From Takakia lepidozioides (Eukaryota > Plantae > Bryophyta), in the NCBI GenBank assembly GCA_030704615.1, contig CM060731.1:84258001-84322000 (forward strand): a DNA stretch of 64,000 nucleotides, read 5' to 3'. A program made the translations under genes and the position numbers. The stretch's first letter is position 1; each line of letters starts with the position of its first letter. Shown piece by piece: positions 61,977 to 64,000 of the stretch. Below the pieces are notes generated by a model, which searched no databases, had not been told where the DNA came from, and saw only the letters and a program-made list of their open reading frames with translations.

Positions 61977-64000
61977 TGTCGCGAACCTCACTTTGCTAGC
62001 TTGATGCGCGCGCCTAACTCCCAACCTGGCCGCCGGACCAACTTGGAGCTTCGTCTGCTCACCGGGGCATAACGGTCCCCCTTTGAACTCCCAAAGAACC
62101 CTCCACCGATTTGGAACCAGCGGGAATTCCCTTTGGTAGTTGGCAGTCTGGAACAGCTCCCCACACTTTGGTCGCTTTCCGGCTCACTCGCTTACTCACT
62201 AGTTTTTGGTCACCAACGGGCTTGCACCATTCTCGGGGTTACTACTCCCTATATATACTTCTGTAGCTGTCCGCAGGGGTTGCACAACCAGCCATGCCAT
62301 TGTATGGCGAACCACCACGAAAACCCTCGACTCCCGGTGATGAGTCGCGGTGAGTCTTGGCCCACTCACCATGGCCCCTATGGACCGTGATGAGTCCCAA
62401 GACTCCCCACGACTCCCACCACGAGGTCTCCGCCCCATGGTGAGTCCTATGCCACCCCCACTAAGTCCCGCTAAGCTACCACCACCCCTTGTGGAGCCAC
62501 CCCCACCGCAACCTGGTGTGCGGGGCTCCACCTAGTGAGCACCTCCGCCTCCTTGAGTGCCTTGGGCACTCAAGGGTGCTTCAGCCCCCCATACCTATCG
62601 CTGCCGCTGCCCCCACCACAGGGGCAGCCCCTCATGTGTCCCAACCCCCTGCCCTCAAGGCAAAGGGCCGCGACACACACCCCTACCAACAAGGAGTCGA
62701 TGTCCTCATCGACTTGTCCATTTTGTAGAAACGAACATCCAAGATGTGGCGTCCCACATCAAGGAGTTTGTTTCCGTACCTTGGCGTCCCATGGCAAAAA
62801 ACCAAATCCCACACTTGACTGTACTCTCCACTAGCTAGTTCGGCCGACTTCCTCCAAGTCCCGGCCAGGGGTGGAGCCTCTCAAGCTCCTCCCAGTGCAC
62901 TCTTCTTGGCCTTCTTCAAGGTCAAGGAACAATCCTCCCCGAGGATCGAATCGCCTTACTGCAACAACATTGCTTGCGATCGCTCCTGATACCGCTTTGG
63001 CATCACTTTGAGCAAGGGTTCACCTCGAACCCCCTTTGACTAGGAAGATAACCTTGAACCAACCGTGCGCCCCAATCACTACAATTGGGTCCGTCTTGGA
63101 ATGTTGGCCTGAGGTACGGGAACACGTCGAAGCCGCACTACGACTTCGTCCTGAGGCTACACGATTATAGTACGTGAACGGAAGCACATAGCTTCCGCGT
63201 TAGCCCGCACTACAAGGCAACCACCTCTGTAGCGCAGTTATAGTACGCGCACGCGCCAGGTGGCACTAGCACGTGAACTCCCAAAGAAGGCGCATGTTCC
63301 TTGCCCCTTGGATGGGAGTCACCCGATTTCGGCACTGCGCAAACACACGATTAACCCAATTTACCTCTCCCACTTTTGTAAGCTAGCATGCATTCTACAC
63401 ACTAGCCAACCACACCATGCATGACCATTCCAAACAAAATAGGACACACAACATTTGGAACCCATTTCCTTTATAACAAATTTTGTACAATACAAGTTTT
63501 TGCAATCGGATTCCTGAGCTAGCTAAGCGGGCTAAGCATGCGTTTCCCCCCCACGCTCCAAGGTTGATGTCCCCATCAACGCTTCTTCCGCTTTTGAGGT
63601 CGCCCTTCGAAAACTGCAACAGCCTCGGATGCGTTTCCCATTTCTGAGGCACGCACCCAGATGCCTCCACATGATGATAGCCCTTCCATTTGACGAGATA
63701 CTCTGTTTCTCGGTTCTTGAACCTCCTCGACTTAAGTACTGCCTCCACCTCGTACTCAGGTTCATTTTCATGATCCAATGCACAGGTGGCGGACGCAACA
63801 CTGATGCCGATTCGGACGCGCTTCATCTTTGAAGTAAGGCTTCAAAAGAGAGACGTGAAATACTGGATGCACCTTGCTGTTTGCCGGTAGCTCCAATTCA
63901 TACACATCCTCATTCATAACCTTCCGGATGCGAAAGGGTCCCGCATACGGAGGTACAAATTTTGGACTCACTTCCGGAGGTAGTCGAAAATTCTTGATGT
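61977..64000 (-). mobile_element. Chromovirus 3' end: integrase GPF module, chromodomain, 3' region and LTR (61977-62675)
   Basis: [19 protein letters not shown]; EYEVEAVLKSRR..EYLVKWKGY. Confidence 0.92.

Overview
Repeat-dense eukaryotic DNA, most likely from a non-seed land plant (inferred from the PLS-type PPR style, spliceosomal introns and retroelement lineages). There is one intact host gene, an At1g12460-like LRR receptor (pseudo)kinase on the minus strand (31147-40442) with a LINE in intron 3. The rest is nested mobile DNA: several Ty3/gypsy elements (one near-complete 13.2 kb copy), PPR relics, a satellite and a 500-N gap. The main find is a complete 11.35 kb TIR/TSD-bounded DNA transposon (46734-58085). 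It encodes a GCM-like zinc finger + MULE-type DDE + SWIM transposase and, divergently, an intron-containing gene that joins a ParB/Srx-like domain to a prokaryote-style beta-class N6-A/N4-C DNA methyltransferase domain. Two introns of that gene carry arrays of a conserved 20-bp palindrome. A second, diverged transposase of the same family (about 2330-9783) is interrupted by a Pack-type element carrying PPR fragments and is internally inverted. All domain calls come from reading motifs by eye; no searches were run.
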